From NCBI RefSeq assembly GCF_036321535.1, contig NC_087436.1, forward strand, positions 121,706,001 to 121,770,000: a stretch of DNA of 64,000 nt, given 5' to 3'. The notes under the pieces are model-generated. The model worked only from the letters and a program-made list of their open reading frames with translations. It had not been told where the DNA came from and ran no database searches. Each line of letters begins with the position of its first letter. Position 1 is the first letter of the stretch. Source of the stretch: Camelus dromedarius (Eukaryota). Below, piece after piece: positions 36,620 to 48,444 of the stretch. The position numbers were made by a program, and so were the translations under genes.

Positions 36620-39600
36620 CCGTTTTGGAAAACATTTCATGTAGATTTCTTTCTTTTTCAGTAAATTCCTTTTTAAAGATACTTCCTTCTATTGCTAGTT
36701 TATCATTTCTTTTTCAGTATTTTCGTTTTTATCAATTATAAATGGGTGGTAAGATCTTAGCAAAGATTTTTTTTTCTGAGCCCACTGAAATGATCACCTG
36801 GCTCTTCTTTAATGTATTAGTGTGCAAATAACGTGTGCATGTCCTAGTATTCGCTACTCCGTGCGTTCAGTCCTGGGATGAACCAGTTTTGTAATACGCT
36901 TTCATTACACTGTTGGATTTGGAATATGAGTATTTTCTTGATGACTTTCGCATCTAACGTTCATGAGTGAACCAAGTCTGTCATTTTCCGTTTTTCCTGG
37001 TATTGTTTCTGGGAGATTATCGTATCAAAATTTTACTTCTCTCATAGGACGAGGAGGCGCGTGCCCTGCGGTGCCAGCTGTCTGGTTTCCAGCCCCTGGT
37101 GGCGTCGGCACGACCGAGCAGCCCACAGCCGGGAGGATTCTCTGCGGCCGTTGGAACGGAGTTTTCTCGTGGGGAAGACATAACTACTGCTTTAGCTTTT
37201 TAGTTTAATTAATTTTACTGAACCATTCAGGCTATTTTTAAATTGGGTTAATTCTGTGTTTTTATTTAGGTTTTGAAATTAACTGTAAACTTGTTCCCAG
37301 TGCTCTCGCTCTGCAGTCTCCACAGTTACATCTTCCTTTTCACTCACGTATTCCCAGAATCAAAGAAGCCCCTTTTTATTGTGGAAAATTTCAAACACAC
37401 ACACAAAAGCAGATTATGGTAAAACAACCAGAGCCATCGTCCGACTTTGATAATCACCAACATCCTGTTTCTTCTTACATCTAGTCGTGGAGTTTCTGGT
37501 GGGTTTTCCTGTTTTTCTTGATCAGCCTTGCAGAGGCTTTTACGTATTTAGTTACTGTTTCCAAAGAATCAAACGCTGGCGCCGCTGACCTTCCGTTCCG
37601 TTTCCCTCTCCCTTATGCATTCTCTTTTGTTTCACTTTCCCTGAGTTTATTCTGTTGCTGTTTTCCTAATTTCTCAAGTGAAGGCCTTAATTCGGCAAGT
37701 TTCAGGTTTCTAAAACGTGACTCGCACATCTAAGGCCTCGGGGAAGTGCGCGCGAGAGCAAACGTCCCTGCACGCCGCGGTTCTCACAGGCAACATCTTT
37801 ATGCTCTTTTAGTTCTATAAAATTTTAAAATGTCCACTGTGGCTTCTTACTTGACCTGTGAGTTAATTTAAATTAAATTTAAATAATTTTAGATTTCCAA
37901 ATATTTAGGGATTTTAAAACGTACTTATTGTAAATACCCAACTTCAGCGTGCTTAGGTCAGAGAACAGTTACACACCGTTCTCTGACATTTCCGAGCCCC
38001 GTGTCCTGTGCCCCCCCCACAACCCGTGGACATTCCCCATGTGCTTAAGGACACAACTGTCTGCCTCTCGGACGCAGCTCCCGTCTGCGCCCACGAGGGG
38101 AAGCCCGCCAGCCGCGCCGGCTCGCCCCCACGTGCTCACGGACGCCAGGCTGCCCGGCGCGACAGAGCAGAGCCTGAGGCCCCCCCAAGAGGGCGGGTCT
38201 GTCTGTTTCTCTGTGCGGCCCAAATAGTTCTGCTTCTCGTATCTGGGGGCTATTTCATTAAGTACTTATGCTTAAAATGTCTGTTTTTCCTGACAAATCG
38301 AGCCGTTTGCCGTGACGAAGCAGCCGTCACCCACCCTCGTGATGGAGCACACTGGTCCGACAGTGACACGGCTGCCCCAGCCCCCTCTGCGGCCCCCTCG
38401 CGCCCGCCCTTCTTCTGCTGCGGCTGGGCCGTGTGCCCGTGAGCAGGGTGCACACACGCAGGCGCACGGTACAGACCTCGGCACGACCTGACAGGCCGCT
38501 TTCATCTCTGCCCACTCACTGCCTGTGATGGTCACTGGTACAACGGGACTTGTCGGCCATCTTTTTAAAATTTGTTCATTGTACTTTCTGTACATTTACT
38601 TTTTTTCTCTTTTTGAGTTTTTCCTTCTACTGATTAGCAACTCGTACACCCTACTTCCTCTTCTTAATACTTGCTCCTGCAGTTGTGTCATGCCCGTTTA
38701 GCTTCCGTCAGAACGCTAACTACCTGAGCAATAAGAGGGCCCGGGGACGCTCAGCTCTGACCGTCTCATGCCCGACTTAGGCGTCGCTACTGTTCAGCAC
38801 TGGGGTTCCCCCAACGCGGCGTCAGTCGGACGTGGTTATTATCCTGCTTCACAGAAGGCATGGTTGTATCTACCTGGATTTGTCAGGCGGCTTCTCATTC
38901 CTTCCTGTCTATCAGGCTGCCCTTCTGAGATCAGTTTTCTTTCTCCTGAAGTGTAATTTTAGATGCTTCCTTTTATACAGGTCTCTCCATAGCAAGCTCC
39001 TGCAGTTTTCCTCTGCTATGGGGAAAAGCGGTTTTGAGGGTCACATAATTACAGACAGTCTTCTCTCGGCCTGTGAGTACCGCTCGTGGCCTCTGCCTTC
39101 ACATGCTAGGTCTAGGAACGGATCTCTGCTTGTTTATATGCTGTGCTTTTTAACTTGCAGACTTGTATTTCCCATTAGTCCTGCTAAACCCTCAGGCGTC
39201 TTCTCTCTCCACGGCTCTCCTGCAGTCTCTCCACGCTCCCGAAGACGGGGCTCCGTCGCGCTCCCGAGCCCCTCCCGCACATTTCTGTTTCCCTGATGTG
39301 TTGGTGCATCCTGGGTGCACCACTTGGATGCAGCTTCCAGGTCACTGACTCCCTCTTCAGCAGCATCTAGTCTGTGTTCATCCAGCTACTGAGGTCTTGA
39401 TTTCAGTAAGTATATTTTTCATTTCTTCATTGATAAGATCACGCGTGATCTTTATGTGCGCGAGTCCTACAGGCTTACCGGGGGAAGTGTCCCCCGAAGT
39501 CTGGCCCGCACCCAAGAACGGCCCCTCGTCTGTCCCCTGCCCCCCGCCCCCCGGGCACAGCTTCAGCGCAAGCCATCTTTGTAAGTCAAGTAATTCACCT

Positions 39601-39760
39601 GTTGATTCTTTTGGACTTTGTACAGATTCATGGCACCTGGGAGTGACAGTTCCACTGCTTCACTCTATGCCTCACCCCTTTCTTTCTTTCTTTCTCTGTC
39701 TTCACACACAGAGGCTGCGACAATGGCCGTCCTCAGTGTTGTTATTTTTTCATCTCAGTG
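36620..39760 (-). mobile_element. Fragmented old L1M relics in the last FAM193A intron
   Basis: T-rich antisense L1 ORF2/ORF1 text, e.g. gatttccaaatatttagggg and tcttcagcagcatctagtctgtgttcatccagctactgagg; highly diverged. Confidence 0.65.
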
Positions 39761-40463
39761 GACAGCTTTCAGCGCGTCACTAAGTGTGACATTCACTGCG
39801 TTTACGGTCATGTCAGGAAGGGGCCCTTCTTGTCCTAATTAAGAGTTTCTATTGTGAATGGATGCTTAACTTCAGCAAATGCCTTACCTGCTAAGATTAA
39901 AACACACACATACACACACAAGACATATAGTTTCCAGAAACATTTAGAATTTTGTGTTTCAGGTATGAATTATGAACTCTTTGTACTGCGAGCTGCTCCT
40001 TTTGTGAGCGTGTGTGTGTTATTTGAAACAAAGAGGGTAAAGTACTTCCTAAGAAGGAACAAGGACTGTAAAGTGAAATTTTCTTGCCGTTTTTCACACA
40101 GTAGATAAAATATTCCTGAGTAAGTACGAACGAAGTCTGCTTACCAGGAAAACTGAGCAAATTATCTAAAATGTCGCCTCCCTCCTTAAAGTCACACCGC
40201 ATCACTGTGTCCCAATGCCAGCACACACGGAGACAAGCTGACGCCCGCCGGCTGCGGCACAGCGGTCCTGACACGCTCGGTGGAGAGAAGTGAGTGGGGG
40301 GGGAGAAGGCTGGTGTGTGTGCGCTCGGCGTGTGGGTGGACGTGCCAGGATGCCTCACAGTGGCCGGGCTGCGTGGCCAGTGACAAGTGGCAGTGCCACG
40401 GGAGGGTGGCCTACGGTAACCACGAGACTATCTTTGCTTCAGACACACCCTCCTGACGTTTAC

Positions 40464-40545
40464 CTTTTGAAATACTCCACCTCCCGCTCCGTCTCATCCA
40501 TATCCACGCTGTCCAGGTCGATGTCTTTGGGCAGAAAGACATCAT
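40464..40545 (-). CDS. FAM193A: FAM193A penultimate coding exon
   Basis: cttacag|AT GAT GTC...TTC AAA AG|gtaaac, 82 nt. Translates (D)DVFLPKDIDLDSVDMDETEREVEYFK(R). Confidence 0.97.
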
Positions 40546-42149
40546 CTGTAAGATGAAAGAAGGGAGGCAAGTCAGTCACCACAGCACCCGGCCAGCTCAC
40601 CACAACAGATCATATGCTTTTAATTTCAGTATCTTCACAAACTAAAAATTTTTCCTAACGTGAGATTTTGCAAACAGCCAAAGGAGGGAGGACTCTCTCA
40701 CGTGCTTGTGAACGTCCAGGTCACCTGGAATTAGTGGACTCCTGTGTGCGGAGCAGAGGAGACCCACCTGCTGGCACCCAGATGTCCCAAGGGGTCAACA
40801 TCAATCGTCGGGAGAGCCCTCGAGAAGATTCCTGAACCTCAGTGCACGCAGAGGGTGTCTGTCTTAGTCCCTGCTGGAGGGTGGGGCGGGGGGAAGGGGG
40901 GACACGACTGTCAATGGAAGTGTCCCAGAAGGCGGGCCCAGGGAGGGAAGGGCTGTGCCCAGGCCCCGACGTCAGCCTCTGGAGGAAGGCAGCTCTCCCA
41001 GGCACTCAGTTTACACAAGCAACACCCCAGACCTCATCAAAAAGCTTTCCAGGCTGTTCCCACAGGAAAGCGCAGCCACAGCAGCTGAGGAACCCTCTTC
41101 AAAAACAGGCTGGAGCAGGGGGACTACTGACTGTCCCCCAGAATCTCGGCAGCTCCGAGGTTTCAACTTCTCCCTCCTGCTCTTCCTGGGCCCTGGATGA
41201 GCCCGTGCGCCAGGGCCTCCACAGCGCACACCTGGCTGGGGTGCAGGCTGGCGAGGCGAGCACGGCGCCCGGCTCCGCCCGAGACCGAGCGAGACCCCGA
41301 CAGCGCTCTGTTAAAGGCCAGTCTCCTTCCCCGTCCCTGCCTCGGCATGGGGTGGTGTTTTGAGTCTATAGCAAGTAAAGCCCCCTCCCCTCCCCTCCCC
41401 GGGCGTCTGCACAGCAGGGTGCTTCAGGCGCGGCTGACCTGCACTGGGCGCTAACACTGTCGAGGACTCCCAGCACCGGGCAGAGCGCCTTCACACCCAT
41501 CAGCTGGCAGAAAGCCACCGGGGGAGCTTCCCCCTGAGGTCCCGCGGCCCCTGCCCCAGCCCCTCCGCCAGCTCCCCGACCCCCCAGCCTCCCTCCACTG
41601 TATCCCCGGGGTTTCCACCTGGATACCAGCACCATCAAACCTCCGCCGCCGCCCCGCCCTCCTTCCCAGCTGCCCGTCCACAAAGCCGCCTCCTCGGTGC
41701 ATCCGCCGCCAGGCATCGGACCACGCCTTTCCTGACAGTGGCCGAGAAAGCACCCTCCTGGCCCCTCCTCACTCCCGCGTCACACCTTCCATCCTGTCAG
41801 GCAAGTTCCTCGTCACCAGTGGGGGACCCTGTCTCCTTGCCAGGCTCCTGGGTCCAGGCCTGCAGGCCGCCCACTCCAGACCCCAGGAGTCACCCTCACA
41901 GCACGGTCCCCAGCCCAATCCGCTCCCCGCCCGGACCCCTACTCCCAGACATCTGTTGGTGGCTCACTGGATGAGGCCTCGGTCAAGGAAACAGTGGTGC
42001 ACGAGGAAGGGTGGGTGGGGCAGGAGGGTTTACAGATGGACAGGAAGTGAGGTCCCTGAAAGGCCAACCCAGCAGTCGCCGTCAGCAGTTCCAGAAGAGA
42101 AGGCTCTTCAGCCACAAAGCAAACCCAGAGCAGGCACGTCTGCCGGAAA

Positions 42150-45100
42150 TGCCGTCATGAAAAGCGATTTCTAATACTTGGCTTACTGACCGGAAATGAT
42201 AATCAGTATTGAGAATCTTAAGAGAAAAAAAGGACAGGACTATAACCAGATTCAGTACCAGACATTTTACACAAAAACCTGTATTGACAGAGTGAAAAGC
42301 AACTGTGACCTAAGGATTCCAGACCCTGCCAGGCTGTCTGCTCACTGTTATGACCACAGGGAACAGTCTGTTTTTCCAGAGCTCAGAGGGCACTGTGCCC
42401 TGACCCCACCTGAGGACAGGGGCCTGGGGGTGACTGGGAACCCTGTGCAGGAGGACCGACACCAGCACCCAAGGGATTCACAGGTAGACTCAAGAATGCT
42501 GTGTGTTCTGAGAAAGCAGAAAGAATGCAGCTGAGATGGGGGAAGCGAAGGGTCAGGAAGGGGAGAGCAGAGAGGAGAGGTCAGCGCTTGGCAGTCACCA
42601 GCGCTAAGTGGAGTCGGAGGCCCTCATTCTGAGCAGGGAGGCGGGGTGGGCACCAAACCACGAATGTCCCAAACACCAAAGAGCAAAGAAAACACGCCAC
42701 GTAGAAAAAGAAACAGCAAACACAAAACACACCTAGCAGTTATAAAATAACACCAGGGCTGAGACCACACCGTCGGACCAACAGTGGAAACGGGCCGCCT
42801 CACTGCAGACTGTCACTGTGTCCCCACGGCAGGACTCAGGTGTCTAAGCTGAACACGAAGAATGGCCTAAAACCAAGTAACTCAGAAACGAGGGGACGAG
42901 GACACAGCGGCCCCACCAGGCAAACAGAAAGCGCAGGAGATAATGGCAGCAACGAGCATCACTGACACAGGGGAAGGCGAGCCGAGAGCACACGCACAAC
43001 AGGAAGGACGTTTGGAAACGCTGCGAGCCACGATGCAGCACGGTGGCGCCAGGAGTGCGCACCAAGTCACAGAGAAGCCAGCTCTATAAAGCACGGCTAC
43101 AAGAGATGCAAGAAAACACAGAAACTCATAACAAGTAACAGAATACAGTTCAAGAGGACAAAAAACAAGCAAGGCTACAGAAGCCCCAGCCCCAAGTGTA
43201 AGTCATAACTAACTAAGCCAGGAACGGCGCTGTGCCATCAAGCAGAGAAAACGCACGTTTAACTCAGACGCACACAGAGCAGTCACAAAAGTATTAGGAA
43301 GTCTCATGAATCAGAAATATCACAAAAAATACCTTCTGATTACAGTGTAAAAAATCCTAGAAATTATTAACATAAAAAAGGCTCTCGTACTTCGAAATCT
43401 AAAAGCCACCGATTAAGCTAGAGGGTGAAAGGGAAAAAACCACATGGAAATTACTGAATTTCTAAAAAAGGAACCAAATGGAGACATTACGAGACACTAC
43501 GGGATATACTTAAAGGAATTATCAGAGAAAAATTCAAAGTGCTAAACACTTTGATCAATAAAAAATGGAGGAATGAAAAGAAATGAAATAAATTCCCTAA
43601 TCAAAAAGTTAGAAAAAACAGTGAAGTAACACAAAAGAAACCAAGGGGAAAAAAGATAAAAGCATAAATTAATGAGGTAGAGAAAGAAAAACAGTAAACC
43701 TAATTAATGAATCAACGGTTTGGATCTAGACAAACTAGTAACTAACTGAATCAAACAGAATAGGGAGGAAGAAAGCACAAATATACAAAATAAGAAATCA
43801 CAAGAGGAAAATAACCATTGACAAGGAATTTTTTTTAGAAGTACGTACTCTGCAGACACCTATGTAGAAATGGTGGAGAATCTAGATGAAAGGATGATTT
43901 CCTCGAGGAAGTTTACCAAAATTAACCTCATCAGAGACAGAAGTACTTCAACATCGTCAAGGAACGCGCCCACAGAAGGCCCCCGGCCCGAGGGCTGCAC
44001 AGGGCGCCCCCTCACACCATGGGAGCTAGTGGCCCCCAGGGCGGGCGGGCCGCCCCAGAGCACTGCGAGTGAGAAACAGACACAGGCCCTCCCTAATTCT
44101 TTACAATGTGTCATAGAGCTAAGAAGAAAAGCCACGTTTACTCTCCAGAGATGCTAGAAAACCTCTGACAAAATTCAGTGTCTATTCCTGGTAACACTCA
44201 AGAAAAGTAGGAATTGTTGGATATATTCTTAACACGATAAAATACATAAACCTACCCTAAAGCCAGAATTACCTTAACGTAGAAACACCAGACTTTCCTA
44301 TCAAGTTCAAGAATGACGCCATTAAACAAGAGGAAAACCGTGAAGAGGCTTAGAAATCGGAAAAGTGGAAGTAAAGCTCCTTCTATTTGCAAGGAGATGG
44401 CAGAGTACCTGGAAAACCCTCGAGAATCAACAAGAAGACTCAGACAACGAAATAATTCAGTAAGGAGAAGATACAAGGTTAACACAGAAGCTAACACTCC
44501 CACGCGTACAGCCAGCCATCAGAGCGGCACTATCCAGCGGAATTACAACGTGAGCCAACGTATAATTTAAGACTTTCTAGTGGCCACATTCATAAAATTA
44601 AAAAGAAACAGGTTATATTAATTTTAGTAATATGTATTTTATTTAATTAAATATGTCCAAAAGACAATCATTTCAACATGTAATCAATACTAAAAATTAC
44701 ACTGAAATCTCTTACATTCTTTTTTTTCATACTAGGTCTACACTCACAATACCCCTCAATCTGGACTACCCACAGGTCAGTCGCTCAGGGCTGACGGGCG
44801 GCTGTGGCTCCTGCACTGGACAGTCCAGGAGTGGAGGGCGTGGGGGCAGAGAACACTTACAGTTAAAAACAAGGAAGATTAAATACTTAGGAATAAGCTT
44901 AGTAAGAAATGTGAAAAATCTATGAGAAAAATCTATGTCCTGAAAGACATAAAGTAGACTTGAACAAATGCACAAATGCCCTTTATTCTTGGGGAGGACT
45001 ATCACAGAGACATCAACTGTCCCTAAATTAATTTATAAATTCAGTGCAATGCCAATGACAATGTCTACAAGTTTGTTTTTTTTCAGGGAGCTGGGCTCAC

Positions 45101-47460
45101 TGACACCAGAGTCCATCTGGAGTATGAACACACACAGAGCCTCTGAGAGCAGCTAACTCAGTGTGAGAAGGCACTTGAACACACAGAGGAAAACGCAAGT
45201 TTAGGGCAGTACGAGGTGGCACTATGAGTCACCAGGGAAAGGGGAAGTTTTCAGTAATTGGTGCTGGGACAACTGGTCAACCATTTCGAAAAGGATAAAA
45301 CCATTCAGGCATCACATGATACACAAGCATGAACTCCAGATAAATGTACCAAGGAGTTAAGTGGAAAAAAATGAAACCACGCTTACACAGAAGAAAACTT
45401 GGGCACATTCCTCAGAAACCTTAATGTTAGCGTAAAGCTTTCCAACAATTATTTAAAATCCAGAGGCAGTAAAAGATCAATGAACTGACTATATAGAAGT
45501 AAAAACTAAAATCTGTGCATAGCTAACAAACATCAAAAACAGAGTCAGAAGACAGCTCAGGAACTGGGAGGATGTGCCTGCAGCATGCGATGCAGTTAAA
45601 AGGCTAATAGCCCCAATTTATAAAAGACTCTTAAAAATGGAAGGAAAAGGACCAAAAACCCAATTAAAAAATGAGAAAATGACAGAATAGAGAATTCACA
45701 AAAAAAGATACAGAAACAGCCCTTAAAAACATGACCTCACTGTAATGAGAGACAAATGCAAATGGAAACCACAGGACAGGCCCGCCCAGCAGGCGGGCCC
45801 CAGGGGCAGAGCCCGACAACGCACCGTGCTGGGGAGTCTGTGGGAAAACCGCGCTCAGACGCGTGGCTTCCGAGGCCGGCGACACCAGCAAAGCCTGCCG
45901 CGCTTCCCTGCGGCCCCGCACCCCGCGTGTGCCACGGCACCGAGTGTGTTCACAGAGACCACGACGCCTGAGCGCTTGTGCGGGAGTGGGCGACTGTGCA
46001 GCGGAGCCCACGCACACCTGCACCCTGAGGAAGAGCTGCCTGGGTGGACGGGAGGGCCTTCCAGAGTCAGAAGCCGGGAGGCAAAGAGGTCTCTCTGCCA
46101 CCTCTTGCGTAAAAGAAGAAAAGCAAGTAGGAAGCCCAGTAGGAATGGGACGGGGAAAAACATCAGGGTTAAGGGAGGCAGACAAAAAACAAGAGGGAAA
46201 ACAAGCAGAACGGGAACCTGGCTGCATGTCCGAGGAGCACCCGCGACAGCACCAAACAGGCGGTAATAACGTGAAGGCCCTCTGGGGGAAAGAGCTAATC
46301 CGGGCCCCTTGACCACCTCATCCCCTCAGGCTACAGACAACGGACCGCGTACAAGCACACAGCAAGTGCGGGTGCAGGCGGGCAATCCCGAGTCCCCCCG
46401 GGATGCACCCCAGGACCGAGCAGGTCAGGAAACAATGGACAGCGGGAGCGGACAACGGGGCCCACGAGGAGCGCGGTGGTGCTGGGTCAGGGCTACGGTT
46501 GCCAGCGTTAACTCGGATTTACTACGGAAATGAGACAGAGACACAGATGTGTGCACAGTGCAAGCATGCATGCACACACACCTCCTCCTAGGCTCTGCCA
46601 GCTGAGAAGGCCTGGAAGCAACGACACACCAGTAGCACCCAGGCCTAGTCTCACCGCCGCTGTCCAGCTCGTGAGCCTGGGACACGCAGCCACCCAGAAG
46701 GACAGGAGTGCTCAAAGGATGACCGGGCGGAGCAGCCATCCTAAGGGGGCTCCCACTGATGGACTCTGGGACAGTCAGAGCATCAAATCCACAGCGTTCA
46801 TAAAGGACCACAGTCTATGGCACAAAGTAAGAATGTGTGAATCCACCCTCATGTAAATAACAGAATGAATAAAAAAAGACCACGAGGAGAAGGCAATCTT
46901 TTCGTACAGAAGCCAGATAAGAAACGTAGAAAAAATGTTGGAAAAATCACCATTTGGCCAACAACACAGCAGTACCCACTCGAGGTAAGAACCGTCTATG
47001 GATGCTTGCCCTGCGGGCACACGACCAAACACGAGACACCTCTCCCCACAAGACACTTGGGCGTCACAGGCCAAGCGCTACACTGGCAGTAGAGAGACTG
47101 GGCGGACACCCCCGTGGCCCAGGATCAGCCACCCCTGACACAGCTGTGCCCCTGACACCGCTAACGCGGGCCCACCCATCGCTGCCACGGCGCCGCCAGA
47201 CAGGGGTATCGTGTCCATGTTAACCTCCTGATTCTGACACCTGTACTGTGGTTTTCTAAGAGTGTCCTTATTTTGAGGAATCACACACTGAAGTATTTAA
47301 GGGTCAAGGGGCACCACGTCTGAAACTACTCCATCTGGTTCAGAAAGGTGACGGGAGGGGAGAGGACAGAGCGAGTGTGGGGCCGTGCCACTCGGGGCTG
47401 GGAGTGCACAGGACTCCTCGGTACTCTTTCTTGCAGCTTCTGGGACGTTTAAAATTACTC
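42150..47460 (+). mobile_element. Fragmented old L1M (L1MC-like) relic from 5' region to 3' end
   Basis: A-rich ORF2 text, e.g. aaaacctctgacaaaattcagtgtctattcc and ggtgctgggacaactggtcaaccatt, plus an L1MC-type 3' end at 47200-47460. Confidence 0.7.
44529..44828 (+). mobile_element. MER33 (hAT-Charlie) DNA transposon relic nested in L1
   Basis: ttctagtggccacatt...aaaaagaaacaggt...tcatttcaacatgtaatcaata...ttacattctttttttcatactaggtc matches the MER33 consensus as I recall it; degenerate TIR ends (ctatcca / tggacag). Confidence 0.8.
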
Positions 47461-47597
47461 CAAAATAACAAAACACAATTGACAGCGGCGATCTGTCCCC
47501 ACCGCTGGCGCACAGGCCACCAACAGCGCAAAGCGCACGCCCCCCAGGGCCGCACCCAACCTCCAGGAGGGACGGACGGGCGCCGCTCTGCATTTAC

Positions 47598-48444
47598 CGA
47601 TTGAGCTGCTGGCTCTGTCTCCCTTCTTCTTCTTGTTCTTCTTGCTCTTGCCCTTGGGCTGCGGGGAGTCTGCGGGCACCGGCTTGCCGCCCGGCGAGTG
47701 CTCGGTGGGGGCAGCGGGCTCAGCGGGGCTGGGGCTGGACTTCCCCTCCCTGACGTGGTTCAGCTGCTTCCTGTTGTTGTTGTTGCTGTTGGCTTTCCTC
47801 TCCTCCCTCTTCTGCTCCGCCAGCGGGGCCAGGTCCAGCACTTTAGCCTTGGACTCGGCCTGGGGCCGGGGCCTGGGCGGGGGCTCCAAGGCCCTGGGGG
47901 GCTCCAGGGCCTTCCTGGCCGGCTCGCCAGGGGCCTTGCTGGCCTGCTTCAGCTTCTGTCTGCCGGGCCCCTCTCTGTGCTGATGCATCACGTCGAGCAG
48001 GAAGGACAGAGGCTCCTGCCGCTTCCCGCTGGCCTCCTTCGGGAGGAGGAGCTTGGAGTCCCTGGCGTCGGCGGGGTCGCTGGTGTCCCCGCCGGCCCCC
48101 GGCCCTGGCCTGGGCTCTGTGTGGTCCGCGTGTCTGGAGGGGGAGTGGGATGAGGTCTCTGGGTCTTCGGGCGGCTCCAGGGAGCCGTTGAGGATGCTCT
48201 CAGAGGAGGGCACGGGCTCCGCGGCGGCCTGGAGACCTCCAGCAAGCATGTCCAGCTTGGGGTAGTCCTTACTCGGCCTCTCCTTCTTCTTCTTCTTCGC
48301 GGCTCTCAGCTTCTGAAGCTCCTGGAGCCGCTGAAACTCCTCCTGGAGCCGCTCCTCCTCCTCCTCCCGCCGCCGCCGCTCCTCCCGCAGGTGCAGGTGC
48401 TCCCGGGCCCGGGCCTCTGCCTCAAGGCGCGCCTTCTCCTCCAG
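47598..48444 (-). CDS. FAM193A: FAM193A large coding exon (charged coil, Lys-rich NLS-like tracts)
   Basis: cggcag|CTG GAG GAG...TCA ATC G|gtaaat, 847 nt, phase 0 to 1. Translates LEEKARLEAEARAREHLHL...KGKSKKNKKKKGDRASSSI. Confidence 0.97.

Noticed and set aside
37864-37890. AT-rich quasi-palindrome (taatttaaattaaatttaaata)
   Set aside because: Imperfect low-complexity A/T run within an L1 relic.
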